64,000 nt of DNA, taken from contig CM022678.1 of the NCBI GenBank assembly GCA_012295275.1, positions 3,100,001-3,164,000 of the forward strand, read 5' to 3'. This DNA comes from Chrysomallon squamiferum (Eukaryota; Animalia; Mollusca). Both the position numbers and the translations under genes were made by a program. Position 1 is the first letter of the stretch, and the number at the start of each line of letters is the position of its first letter. Of the stretch, positions 12,501-25,971 are shown one piece after another. The notes below the pieces were generated by a model. It saw only the letters and a list, made by a program, of their open reading frames with translations. It searched no databases and was not told the DNA's origin.

Positions 12501-15210
12501 CTTTGGGGAGAAACAAAATCAGACCTGTATTTGTTATGAAGGCTATTGGGGAGATCAGTGCCAGTTTGTATGTCCAGTGGGACAGTTTGGAGTTTGCAAC
12601 AGCAACGGTTTGTGTGGAAAAGACACAGGAGTCTGTTCCTGTTCATCAAGATGGCTGAGCTCATCAAAAACCTCAGTAAAGTACTGGTTACTGGAAACTA
12701 CACAAGATGTCAAATATGCTTGTTCCAACTGTACACACCTGTGGAAAGGAAAGGACTGCAGCATTACCATACAGACAGAGGTGAACCAGGACACCACATG
12801 GTTTGTTTCAGTAATTGTGGGTTCCTACATAACAACTGTGGATGGGGCCTCCCTGACAGTGGTAATACCAGGCACGTATCAAGTCGTTCTCACTAAGGCT
12901 GTGACTGTACAAGCCTTGTTCTTACCTTGTACTGGAGAGAGATCGTGTCAGATGGTCTCTGAGATTGGCTTCAAGGTGAATGAGTTCTCTTTAAATGTAA
13001 TATACACTGGAAACTCCAAGTTCAGAGTTCAGATTGTGTTGGATGGGGTGAAACAGGAGTTCGACTATCAACAGACAACATCATTTTCAGTTAGTACTGG
13101 ATCAGTCCAGGTGTCATGGACAACTGAATTATACCTCCGAGTTATCATCAGTGACAGAATCATCATTGTAATTGGAAATGGAAATCTTGGTCTGCTGATT
13201 GGAACCAGGCTGCACAAAGATATTGCTGAAGAAGCTACTGGACTTATTGGAAAACCTGACAAAAATGTTGCCAATGACCTAATTTCAGACTCCATGATCC
13301 AAAACAACCAGGCTGATTTGTATTCTGTGTACACAGCAGCAAACATTGAAGATCACTTGAGAGCAGTAACAGCAGTAACAGCAGCTGATAACCACTTGAT
13401 TCATGAATATGCAAAACTGAATTTGACATCCTCTGGATATATGCTGCATCTTCACCAGTCTTCTTCTGTCATCTTTGAAAACTTCCCTCTAGTCTTTAGT
13501 GTCAAACAGTTCACTTTTAGTTTCTGGATTCGAATTAATGATGTGTCACAGCCTTTCACTTTCACAGAGATTCTCACAACAAATGGAACTATTTTAATTG
13601 CATACAGCAAAAGCACAATCATTTTTTCATATCTCCAGTTCAAAGTACAGATAAATTTGCTGCTAAATTCATGGACCTATCTGACCATTACCTGGAATTC
13701 CGAATCAAGGAAAATGAATTTTTATGCTATTCAAGATGGTCTCTTACAAACAACTGTTATCTCTGACATCAATGTCCAGTCTTCCATCCAGCTTGTTTCT
13801 GTCCAAATATCAGCAAGTGCTGAAGGTTACTTAGAACTCGACCTGCTCCGGATCTGGAGATTGGAACAGACTTTGCTGCAGATCTCCAAATACATGAAAG
13901 ACTACAAAACAGAGTCATCTCTGGGACTCTTCATGGTTTCTGGATTTGAGGATGGATTTGGTGTGAATCCTGAGAGCAGATTCTTCAAAGACAGTGCAGA
14001 TCCAGCTGAAGCACAAGCGATAAAATCTCAAGGACATATCACTGGTTCTTTGAATGATGACATATGGCTTCCTTCAACAGTTCCAGTCCTGAGTGTGCCC
14101 AGAGTGAAAGATGTTGACAAAGAACAAACAGAAGAAGCTGTGATAAAGTCGTGCATTGATGCTCTGCACACAGATGTCATCAGAGAAGTCTGCTCAGATC
14201 TTGACAGCTTCTACAGTCTGTATCTGGAAGCTTGCATCCGTGAATACCTGAGAACCAAGAACAAGAACGTCACTTCAGTTTTTCAAGATGCATTCATATT
14301 CTACTGTCAAGGCATGACAGACGTCAGTGAATGTTCATTCAAAGGACACCTTGACTTCTGTATTGAAAACCCTGCAGGGCTGCCTTCTTTTCTTATTGCT
14401 CTCATTGTCTTGATCATCATGTTTGTGATTATTATCTTAGTCATAGTCATATTTATTTGGAGCAAGAAAAATAGGAAAAAAAGGAAACTCACTGATCCCA
14501 ATAATTATGAAATACAATCAGAAACTTCCTTCATGATCGGAAGCAGCAGACCAAGTACTGCAGGCACCCTCGCAGATCAACCGTCCAGTGCCAGGGCAAA
14601 CGCCGAAGCAGAGAGAAAGAAGTGGAAAGAACAGCCTCATCTTATTGCCTGGTCAGAGTCAACAGTCCCAGCATCAACCAGCAGAAGACCTGTATGTTTT
14701 GACAATCAGGGGCTTGAAACAGACGAAAGCCAGAGTGTTGGAATCACACCCGTGCCTGATCCTGCTTTGATCGATGCAGTTTCTGGTTCTTTTCCTTTGA
14801 CTTTTGACATAGTTGATGATGTAGACGGTGGTTCTACTCCAGAGTCTGCCACTGCTGCTGCTCCAGGTTGCACACTCTGGTCCCAGGCTCCCGTTCCTCC
14901 TTCAGGTACAGCCTACCCTCCTGTGAACACTTTGAATGAAGAACTCTTCACTTCAGATTCGGCACTTCCAGAAACTGCTCCAATTGCTCGATCAATACCT
15001 GTTCTACCTCCAATAAGAACCAGAAGAGTCGAAGTGAAGGAGAAGAAGGATGCTGCTGCATCACCAAGCAAGTCAAAGAAGGGCAATGATGATCACAAGG
15101 AAGATGAAAAGAAGAAAGGAAAACATCCACCTAGAAAGGCTTTCCTAACCATGCCAACTGATGATCCATTCGAGTTCTTCAAATCACCATATGCAAGCAG
15201 GCTGAAATAA
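1..15210 (+). CDS. Giant single-pass membrane protein (5'-truncated) with six tandem EGF/VWD/LamG-pentraxin/C8-like super-repeats; exons <1-2483, 2830-3126, 3747-3990, 4322-4790, 5449-5546, 5938-6163, 6618-15210
   Basis: All six introns are GT-AG with matching phases (0,0,1,2,1,2). Motifs recur in each unit: CxxGFWGxxC...CPGG...CNxHGxC (EGF), xxTxDG and GLCG-like (VWD), WNQ/WSH, LxLGxW, FxGxIDE(L/V/I)xxW and WxFxxGxG (LamG/pentraxin), YxxCxxD...YC (C8-like). A hydrophobic helix at 14389-14460 is followed by SKKNRKKRK. Needs a 1-nt correction at 2026-2030. Confidence 0.88.
2830..3126 (+). CDS. Gene 1 exon (VWD of unit B: IKQTACLPPRHYDTCIISVSIG...NFMIK)
   Basis: Acceptor ttgacag|ATC, donor AAG|gtcagt, phase 0/0, in frame with ORF 2923-3171. 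Confidence 0.85.
3747..3990 (+). CDS. Gene 1 exon (VWD C-terminus TMGLCGFC plus linker)
   Basis: Acceptor caccag|AAC, donor AAAG|gtgaaa, phase 0/1. Confidence 0.85.
4322..4790 (+). CDS. Gene 1 exon (LamG/pentraxin domain of unit B)
   Basis: Acceptor tctacag|GA, donor AA|gtaagt; motifs EWNQISL, GGQLALGRWQ, FSGCIDELRIW. Confidence 0.9.
5232..5348. repeat. Tandem duplication (~59 bp x2) in gene 1 intron
   Basis: tttatttatttatttattcatttatttatttatatatatattgccatacatattttta occurs twice in tandem. Confidence 0.75.
5449..5546 (+). CDS. Gene 1 exon (YIDNIEIQEHWNINYKGSEDGLVNLWKFDTAK)
   Basis: Acceptor ttgcag|T, donor AAAG|gtacag, phase 2/1. The LWKFD motif matches VWKFD/HWAFN in other units. This frame is not in the supplied ORF track. 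Confidence 0.85.
5938..6163 (+). CDS. Gene 1 exon (end of LamG, RRRRR basic site, start of C8-like)
   Basis: Acceptor ttttcag|AT, donor AA|gtgagt, phase 1/2. Confidence 0.85.
6618..15210 (+). CDS. Gene 1 terminal 8.6-kb exon: end of unit B, units C-F, transmembrane helix and ~250-aa cytoplasmic tail
   Basis: Acceptor ttccag|G phase 2; uninterrupted 2869-codon ORF; stop TAA 15208-15210. Confidence 0.93.
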
Positions 15211-16261
15211 ATAAACTGACAGAGACTGATTTTCCAAATTTCAGCCATAATCAGACATGATAAAATGATAATCCACATAAAGCAGTTGATATCAGATTTT
15301 AAATATGATTTCTAATCTTACTGATATTTACTTGGTTGAAAAATCACCAACAATTAAAAAAGAGACTTTCTATTTTATAAATAAATTTATTTTAATTATC
15401 GCATTTAAACAGATGAAATATTTTTGTCCTGCTGTGTTTAATTACTTAATAGTTTTTTTTTAAATGAATGTATTTATTATTACATATAAATATATATATA
15501 TAACTTTGTAACAACAGGTCAATCTATTTGTAACTGAGAAAACATTTAGTTTTATTATTATTATTTGCCTATTAAAAAAAAAAAATAATAATAATAGTAA
15601 TAATAAAATGTTCTAACCAAAAATTCTATATTTCACTGAAATATATATATTTTTTTATTACTTAAAATTTTATTTCAGAAACCAATTAAATGTTTATCAT
15701 TTATTATTTTAAAAATTATGTATCTGCTCAAAATCTTATATTTGTATGAAATGTACAATTTTCAAACTAATTACATTTTCAAAATCTCTAACAGTACGAT
15801 AAGAACAATATATATTAATTATACAAATTTACTTATTGCTAAATTGCTCAATATTTATGAAGTGTAATATTATTATTTTTTTTTTCCTCACAAAATTTGT
15901 TTCTTCCCAATATTATTAAAAAAATAAATAAATAAATAAAAATATAAATTACATTTATTAAAGTGAAAAAGATATAGCGATAGTGTATATCCGGAAATAT
16001 ACGTATAAGACTGAGCACTCACAAACTTATAATATATTTGTTCCGTTATTTACGTTTGTTTACCTGGTGATGGTGTGTTTTTTGCACTTATTATTTTTTG
16101 ACATAAATTTATATTATAGCAATAAGTAGTGATAATGATGTTCTTAATATTAATTATTAATACTAATTTTTGTTTAATTTTATATGTATATATATATATT
16201 ATCATTTCCGTCCTCGAAACTGTAAAACATTTTTTTTTTTTTTTTATTATTATTAGCACCT

Positions 16262-16296
<35 letters not shown>

Positions 16297-17827
16297 TTGT
16301 TATATTTTATTTCGATTTGGATTTTTTCTCTTCTACAATAGTGCCATAGTCTGGTGCATGGAAATGATATTTTACAAAAATAACAATACACATTTTTCTT
16401 TTTTCTTCATTATTTTTTTATTTTTTTAAATTTTTAATTATACTTTGAATATGCTGAAATTACATGGGTGATGGCTTAAGTGTATAATTTTAAAATCTGA
16501 TACATCACATCAAAAATGTAGCACCTCCTTATTTCTCTAAGAATTCTTTTGATGATCATAATGACGTGATCTTATGAAACTATATATTAATAGTGTTAAA
16601 CAGTTGTTAATGTAAAATGGATAAAACATAATTAATCATATATTAACAAATACAGGTGTGATATTTTTGAAGTGATGAATTTAAATATATATATCATAGT
16701 TAAAATTATTTTAAAGTTATATTGCAGATGTGTGAATTATTATCTTTTTAATGTTTTTAATACTTTGTGTGTATTTTTCACGGACTTTTTGAGTCTCAAA
16801 ATGTGTTTCAGTGATTTGCATAATTATATCCCATAACCACGTTTTCAATAATATTTTATTTATAAAATTACATTGTGTGTTTTCTTTTCACAATAATTGT
16901 TATAAGTTAGTTTAGATCTAAAAGATATAAAATTTTTCAGAAACTGTTTCTTTCCTTGATTCTTACAACAAAATAAAATTAAGGATTCACTTAGATTAAT
17001 TTTTGTTACAATAAATTAGTCATAAATACCTCAGCAAACTGAGCAACAAAAAATAAGTAGTGCTAGTTTTTTTTTACTTTGGAACAACTTATACAAGTAA
17101 ACTTCTGTATCGATCATCTAGTACTGGTATCTTACAACAAGTTAATGTGAAAATAAACTTTATTAATAAAATGTGTTATAGCCCGAAATAATCCTTCCAT
17201 CAGTACGTATGTATTTTTATTTTTAATTCTCAGCATGATCACTTTTATTATTAACTAATTTTGAGATGTTATAATGATGACAGTTCTGATACAAATGTGT
17301 TACTGCAGACTGGTACATAGCGAAAGGAGACAGAATTTAAGAGGGATACAGAACGAGAGAGTACGTACGATAGAGAAAGAGAAATAGCGGGTATGAATAA
17401 AAACAAAACAGCATACATTTATATTTAAAATACCATTTACTGTAAAAATGTACATACTGACGTCACAGAATGTAATATTCTCATACAACTTGGCTGTTTC
17501 AAAAAATGAGATTCAAATTGTCCGCCATATATGAATTAAATTGATTTGATAAATTAAAACTATAAATAAAAAAAAATAATAATAATAATAAATAAATAAA
17601 AAAATTATAATAATAACTTAAAGAAAAAAAAAAAAAAAGAAATAAATAAAATAAAAACATAATAAATCATCCGTGAAATTTTACTATTTCAAAAGAGCCA
17701 ATGAAAGATGATATATTATTATTTACGAGTTTAATATCCAATGACCAAACTCGTTATATTTCATTACGTCGTATTTCCGGTTTAATAAATACAATTTTCT
17801 TTTTTGGCATCTGCTATGAATAGTTAA

Positions 17828-17870
<43 letters not shown>

Positions 17871-18232
17871 TGAAATGAAACAAAAATAACTGATAAAAAC
17901 AAAATATATTTCAGATAGGAAATCATCGGAATAATAATTTTATTTACTTCATAGTTGTTGTATAACAAATCTTTACATGGAATGATTAGAATACATATAA
18001 TAATAATGATAACTATAAAAGAGAAACAAAATTAATAAAATAAATAAAAAGTATGAAAATACAGACTTCGATCCCGCTTAAACTTTGTTACAGAAAAAAA
18101 GGTCCATCTTCCATGAAAAGAAAACAGCAAAACAAATTACATTCTGAACATTTTAAACGAAACGAATAGTTATATAAAACAATGTTTAGGAATTCTACAT
18201 ATCTGGAGCAAACTAAAGTGTGTCATAGCAAG

Positions 18233-18343
18233 AAATCTAGGTCTTCGAATCTAGTGTGACCTCGCAATGAATCTAGGTCTAAAAATCTATGGTGTGACGT
18301 CACAATGAATCCAGGTCTACGAATCTACGGTGTGACGTCACAA
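18233..18343. repeat. Minisatellite, ~38-bp unit x3, carrying TGACGTCA (CRE) palindromes
   Basis: Units resemble gaatctaggtctacgaatctatggtgtgacgtcacaat; two contain the perfect palindrome tgtgacgtcaca. Confidence 0.8.
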
Positions 18344-18543
18344 CAGTTCTCGCTTAAAAAACAGATACTGCTGCACTATGTCTAGGGTACTCGAGGTGAA
18401 TCAAGCAAGTGAATCCAAAGTTTCCTGAAAGTGGCTGGAGGGATGTGTATCTTTACTGTCATCAGCATAATTTGAAATATCTTAATTTAAAAAAAAAATA
18501 ATAATAATAATAAAAAGAAGAATGAAATGATAATAATAACAAC

Positions 18544-18633
<90 letters not shown>

Positions 18634-18725
18634 AATAAATAAATAAAAATGAAGTAATAAAAATTAGGTTAACAGAAAGTAAGGTACTGAAACAAAACTC
18701 GCGCAACCCGACTAAATTCGTCCAT

Positions 18726-20041
<1,316 letters not shown>

Positions 20042-20365
20042 TTTTAAGCAGATGACAGTTTATTGACACGGTTATACATGGTCATGTGAGGTTTACTTTA
20101 TCTGCAAGTAAAACAATTGTAAGTAAAAAGATGTGTTAAAAATGTTTAGGCAATATGTATAATATTATTATTATTATTATTATTAGCACAAATATATATA
20201 TATATATATGGTGCTTTTTTAAATAATAATAATAATAATATTTTATAAACGCACACACATACACACACACACAAATACATACATACAAACTCAGATAAAT
20301 AATACATAGATAGAGAGATAGACAGATAGATAGATAGATAGATAGAGAGACAAATAGATAGATAG

Positions 20366-20413
<48 letters not shown>

Positions 20414-20549
20414 GGATGGATAGACAGTTAGATGGATTAAAAGGTTCGTAGCTAGACAGATTAATACGTACGAAATCGACAACAGCAAAAACAACATAAA
20501 AACAAACAACAAGAAACCTGAACAAAATAAAAAGAAAATGGAATAAAAT

Positions 20550-20583
<34 letters not shown>

Positions 20584-20978
20584 AAAAAAAAAACGATTCC
20601 AAACTGCCCAACATAAACTCAAAAGGCCTCTCAAAAGAAAACAAACAACAACAACAAAAAAACACCTATAAAACAACAACAATAACAAAAGAACAAGAAA
20701 AGAACAAATAAAACTACAAATACCTACAAAAAAAAAAAAAAAAAAAATTAAAAATCGAACAAAGAAAACAATAATCTGAAAACCAATAAATAAACAATAA
20801 AAACTAAACATTAGCCAACAATAAAACAGTTTTTCTCTTTCATTCATTTTATCCTGTCTGGCATTAACAACAAATAAAAAAAATATATATTAAAAAAAAA
20901 TAAAAAATAAAAAAAATTCTAGAAATGATAAACTAATGAGTTAACACGATTGTTGTATCATATTTCGGTTGTGTTCTG

Positions 20979-21011
<33 letters not shown>

Positions 21012-21560
21012 TTGTAAGATTGTTTTAATGTTACGAAGAAAACCTTTTTAATTAGCGATTTTTTGTAAATTGTATTGTGATACATTCACTAATAGCTTCG
21101 AATCGGGAAAGAGGATAAGAAAAAAAATAAAGAATGTATATATAAAATGGTAAACGAAAATAATGAAGTGAAAAAAAAATAATAATAAAATAGAATTAAA
21201 AATTAAAATTTTAAATTTTAAAAAAAAAGAGAAAGAAAAGAAATAAAAATTTGATTTAAATTCCATCCTTAAATACCCCGAAAAACAAGCAAACAAAATA
21301 AAAGTAAGGGATTAAGTAACTAAATACCAAATAAACAGCAACAACAACAACAAAATATTAATAAAGAAATAAAGAAAGAAAGAAAGAAAATAATATTTTT
21401 TTTAAATTAAGCGCACGAAAGCGAAAACACACACAAAAAAATTATCATGATAATAGTAATAATACTAACAACAACAATAATAAGAATAATGTTAATAATA
21501 ATAATAATGTTAACAATAACAATAACAATAATAATAACAGAAATAATAATAATAATAATG

Positions 21561-21592
<32 letters not shown>

Positions 21593-22399
21593 AATAATTT
21601 AAAAAATTAAGCAGTCGAAAGCGAAAACAGAAAAAAAAATTATAACAGTAACAAAATAAAAACAAGAAAAAAAATTATGATAATAATAATAATAATGTTA
21701 ATAATAATAATAATGACTAGTAATAATAATAATAATAATAATGTTAATGATAATCATAATAATAATAATAAATAATAATAAATAATAATAAATAATAATA
21801 ATAATAATAATAATAATACAAGGAAGAAGAAAAGGAAATAAAATATATTCGTAAAACCCCTCCAAAAAAAAAAAAAAAAAAAAAACAAAACAAAAGTATC
21901 TGGAAATGTATCTTTAAAAAAAAAAAAACCCACCTAAAAACGTTATCGACATGATCTTTTAAACTAACAACGTAAACAATGGGAAGACACGTAACCCACC
22001 CTGACCCACCAGCTCGACGTGAACAAACATTTCTCTAATTATACAACGTTCATACACGCACGATTAGATAACAGTGTATCTTTTTACACAGGCTGAAATA
22101 AACACCTTGTCTGTTGTTTGTTTGTTAAATAATAATCAACTGACTCTTCGCCTCTTCTTTCGGGTATTTTTGTCGTAGTTTTTTAAAGACGATTTGCACT
22201 GAGTTTGTTCTCTCATTATTTCTGTCGCAGACGTAGGCATTATACAGATACTCAGATACACAAACAGATATAAAGACACACGCACTGCTCTGTCTCTATC
22301 TGCCATTTTGTCGGTATCGGTCTAAATAAAAATCATACATGGCTGAGTATACAGATTTATACAGAAATATATATGAATTTACATATGCATATATAAGAT

Positions 22400-22473
<74 letters not shown>

Positions 22474-23158
22474 CATCTCTTTCTCATACACACATTCATT
22501 TGTTTCCATATAAAAGCAAAGATAACAGTTACGTACTTACCTGTAAAAAAAATAATCTTTTCATTTAAGCACACAAACTTCACTGTAGCTTATGCTTATA
22601 TTTTTTTCAATTTTAATTCAAAGCAAATTTTCCAGTGATTTTCGTCACACAAGCACTAAGTTTCTTCCAACTGACTGTTTTATGGAGAAAACAAACAAAA
22701 CACCACCACACACCACTGTACTTAAAAATATCCTCCTTGTAACAGTGTTTTTACTTCCTTTTTTTTTTAACAGTAATTTAGCTGATGTATTTACTACATA
22801 CTCAAATGTACATATAACCGTTTCAAAATGTCGAATGCCAGTCATAGTTGTTTTTTTCTCGTCATTTTATGAAGGAGAAAAAAAAAAATATATAAAAAAA
22901 AAAAAAAAAAAAAATCTTGTGCTTTCTTATATTTCGGACCCTGACAGGGGAAGTCTATAATTAACACAGAAAACGTCTGCTCATCTTTGTTATGGAAAAT
23001 CCTGTGCTTGTCAAAATGGCGGCAGTAGTGCGTGGTGAGATTATTTTTTCTGATACTCGAGTTTATGTTCAGGTGGCTGCTTCGCTAAGAAACATGTCAA
23101 AGTCTACAACGGTGTGCGACAGTCGGGTTTGTTACAAAGTCTCTTATCTCGCGCGCCG

Positions 23159-23199
<41 letters not shown>

Positions 23200-23394
23200 G
23201 AAAAGAAAATATGAAATACGTTTATGAGATTCAGATCTTGAGGGGTGGGTGGGGGGGGGGGTTCGAGGTATCGAGATTACTTCTGTGTCCCGTGTTCGTA
23301 CATGACAGTCACTGTTAGCTGTGTCACACCTGCAGAAACTGATTCAAAGAAGGGTGTCTAGGGTTTCGTAAAATTAACAAAAATTAAAATTAAA

Positions 23395-23427
<33 letters not shown>

Positions 23428-25009
23428 TGTAATCTTGTCAGTAAAGAATTCAGGGTGGGGATTTAGAAGTCTCCAGAGTCCCTCTGTGCCCAGAATTCAT
23501 GCGTTTATTTACGACTACCGTGTTCTCCCGGTGGTGAATTACTGCAGTGATGTCACAGCAGTCATAATAAGCACGACTCTACGTCAGTTTAGTGTTTATA
23601 TCTTGCGTGTCATATCGGTGACGGATCTATGGAGAGGGTTTAAAGAGATTAAAAAAAACCCCTCTCCACTGTCCTGGGTTTCAAGCAAGCAGTTTATGAC
23701 TGAAATACAACTGCGGGTAATGAATGATACGGGGATTTTACACAGATGAAAACACCTTCTAAAACGACGCTTTTAAGTACGCCGTGCACATAGCAGACTT
23801 TAATTCAGTTAAGGATCTAGAAGGTTTAAAAATCCCTTTTAAAGGTATATAAACAAATCTGTCTTGCCATTTATCACTAAAATAGGATTCAGACACCGGT
23901 GTGAACATTTCAAAAAGAGACGAAGAACCGTTACAGGCGTTTAAGCATGTTCGTTATGTCCAGAGTGTAATTCAGATTTTAAGGTTTACGGAGAGATCTG
24001 CGTTTAAGCATGACGTTCTGACTGTGGAGTTCTTCAGTGGCGGGTCCAGGGCAGGTTCTTGAGAGGTCACAGGTCAACCAAACTCTTCTCGTCTGCGTTT
24101 AGCTTGCGTTCAGCGTGGTCGCTGAGTAGAAGATCGTTGTGGGGGTGGGGTGTCACTGCCTGTCTGAAGACCCTGCGCCCGAGGGTCAGGCCACTCAAGC
24201 GAGATGGTATCAAATTTCACAGTAATCTGTATTATAAGAAACCTGAGGCGTTTCCAAAAAAAAAAAAAAAAAAAAAAAATTTAAAAAAAAAAAAAATAAT
24301 AAAAAAACTTTGTGTATTGTAATATAACGTAATGTAATATTATAGCCTCGTTTTGACAAATCGGACGAACAAGACGCTTCGTCGCACAAAATTCATGCTT
24401 AGATTCGCAGCCCCCCGGGTTAATAAATTTGATATCACACCATTATAACTGTGATATATAAACTCGCTGTATTATGACAAACTTGATTGCGGGCAGAACA
24501 TTTTTTGAATGTTTCTTGGTGGCGATCGGGGATATCAAGTAATCTGTAATTGTTTTCGTGTAAACTTTCAAAACCTGGACTTTAACGTGTGAACGAAGAC
24601 ATAGATAGTCAAATGTATTTTATACTGTCAGTTATATCTGGTATCGCAGTAGCTGGTACAAGTGTTTGTAAGGTTAAGGTAACTTTTAAGCCCAACATCG
24701 AGACTTCTGGACAAGTAAACAAAATTATATTTACGGTTTTATTATTTATTTGGAAATAAATACTGATAGATTTCATTTTTGAAATTGTGAAAATGTCGCG
24801 AATAATTCGCGAAACCATTGCTGTGTACAGTCATCTTGTTTTATAACTGTTCATTTTACACTGTAATTTATTTATTTATTTATGATAATTAAACATATTT
24901 TGTCATATAAATATATATGCGTTAACGCACACGTACAAATACGTACATAGACACACACAGACGCACATACATATATACACATATAGATACATACAAACAA
25001 ACATACATA

Positions 25010-25060
<51 letters not shown>

Positions 25061-25109
25061 AATAAATATTACTGTTTGTAACATATTTGTCTAACAACAA
25101 AAATATATC

Positions 25110-25144
<35 letters not shown>

Positions 25145-25926
25145 CTTTTTTATTTATATTTATTTACTGTTTTTTTTTTACATACCTAATTTAGCTGAGT
25201 GACACTGGCATTCATACTATTGTTACGCTCCAAACAAAGGGGTATAAGTCTATCGCAAGCCAGGCATGCGTTCGAACCAGTCTACTTCACAATAAGGCAT
25301 TGTGCATGCGCAGTTCGCGATTGTTACCCTGTGACAAAGTGAAATTTTTCTGTTTGACAGAAAGAAGATTTTTGTTTTTAACAAAAAAAAAAAAAACATC
25401 CGTCGAAACGAAGCCAAAGTCCGTTAGCTACGCTTCACGTGTTCGGTTTTAAAGTCATAAATCCTCTTAATCGCTGTGTGGCTTGTCGAAAGTTTACGTC
25501 TGTCGTTTTCGACGTGAAGTCGAACTAAAAAACACAGCAGGCATCTTTGTCGTCTGCGGTTTAATAGAGTTGTAGGGCTGCAACCTCGCTTTTCATTGTC
25601 AATATCAGAAGAAGAAAAAAAAAAAAAAAAAAAAAAAAAGAAAAAGAAAAAAAAAAAGAAGAAGAAAAGTATCTTTAAGGTTCCCTGATTTTAATCTTCT
25701 GTGTTAATATTTTTTTTTTAGGACAATCAGTCCAATTTTTGTTATTTCTTTTATTCTGCAGATAATGAAACAATTTCCTCTACGTCTTGGAACGAAAGTC
25801 TTTGTGGTTGTGTGTAGCAGCGTGTTGAACTACTGTAACATCAGAAACTAACCGTAAAAGGTTGAGAAATGATAAGAAATGAAAGAATGGGGAAAAATAA
25901 TATACGGTGGGGAAAAAAAACCGCGG

Positions 25927-25971
<45 letters not shown>

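Noticed and set aside
15193-15210. C-terminal SRL as a peroxisomal PTS1 signal
   Set aside because: The protein ends SRLK rather than SRL and is a type I membrane protein.
6741-15278. Many short antisense and alternate-frame ORFs over gene 1
   Set aside because: Shadows of the long coding exon with no independent motifs.
24035-24200. cagtggcgggtccagg as a DNA-transposon left end (similar cagtggcggatc at 34850)
   Set aside because: No inverted partner end found, so it cannot be supported as an element.
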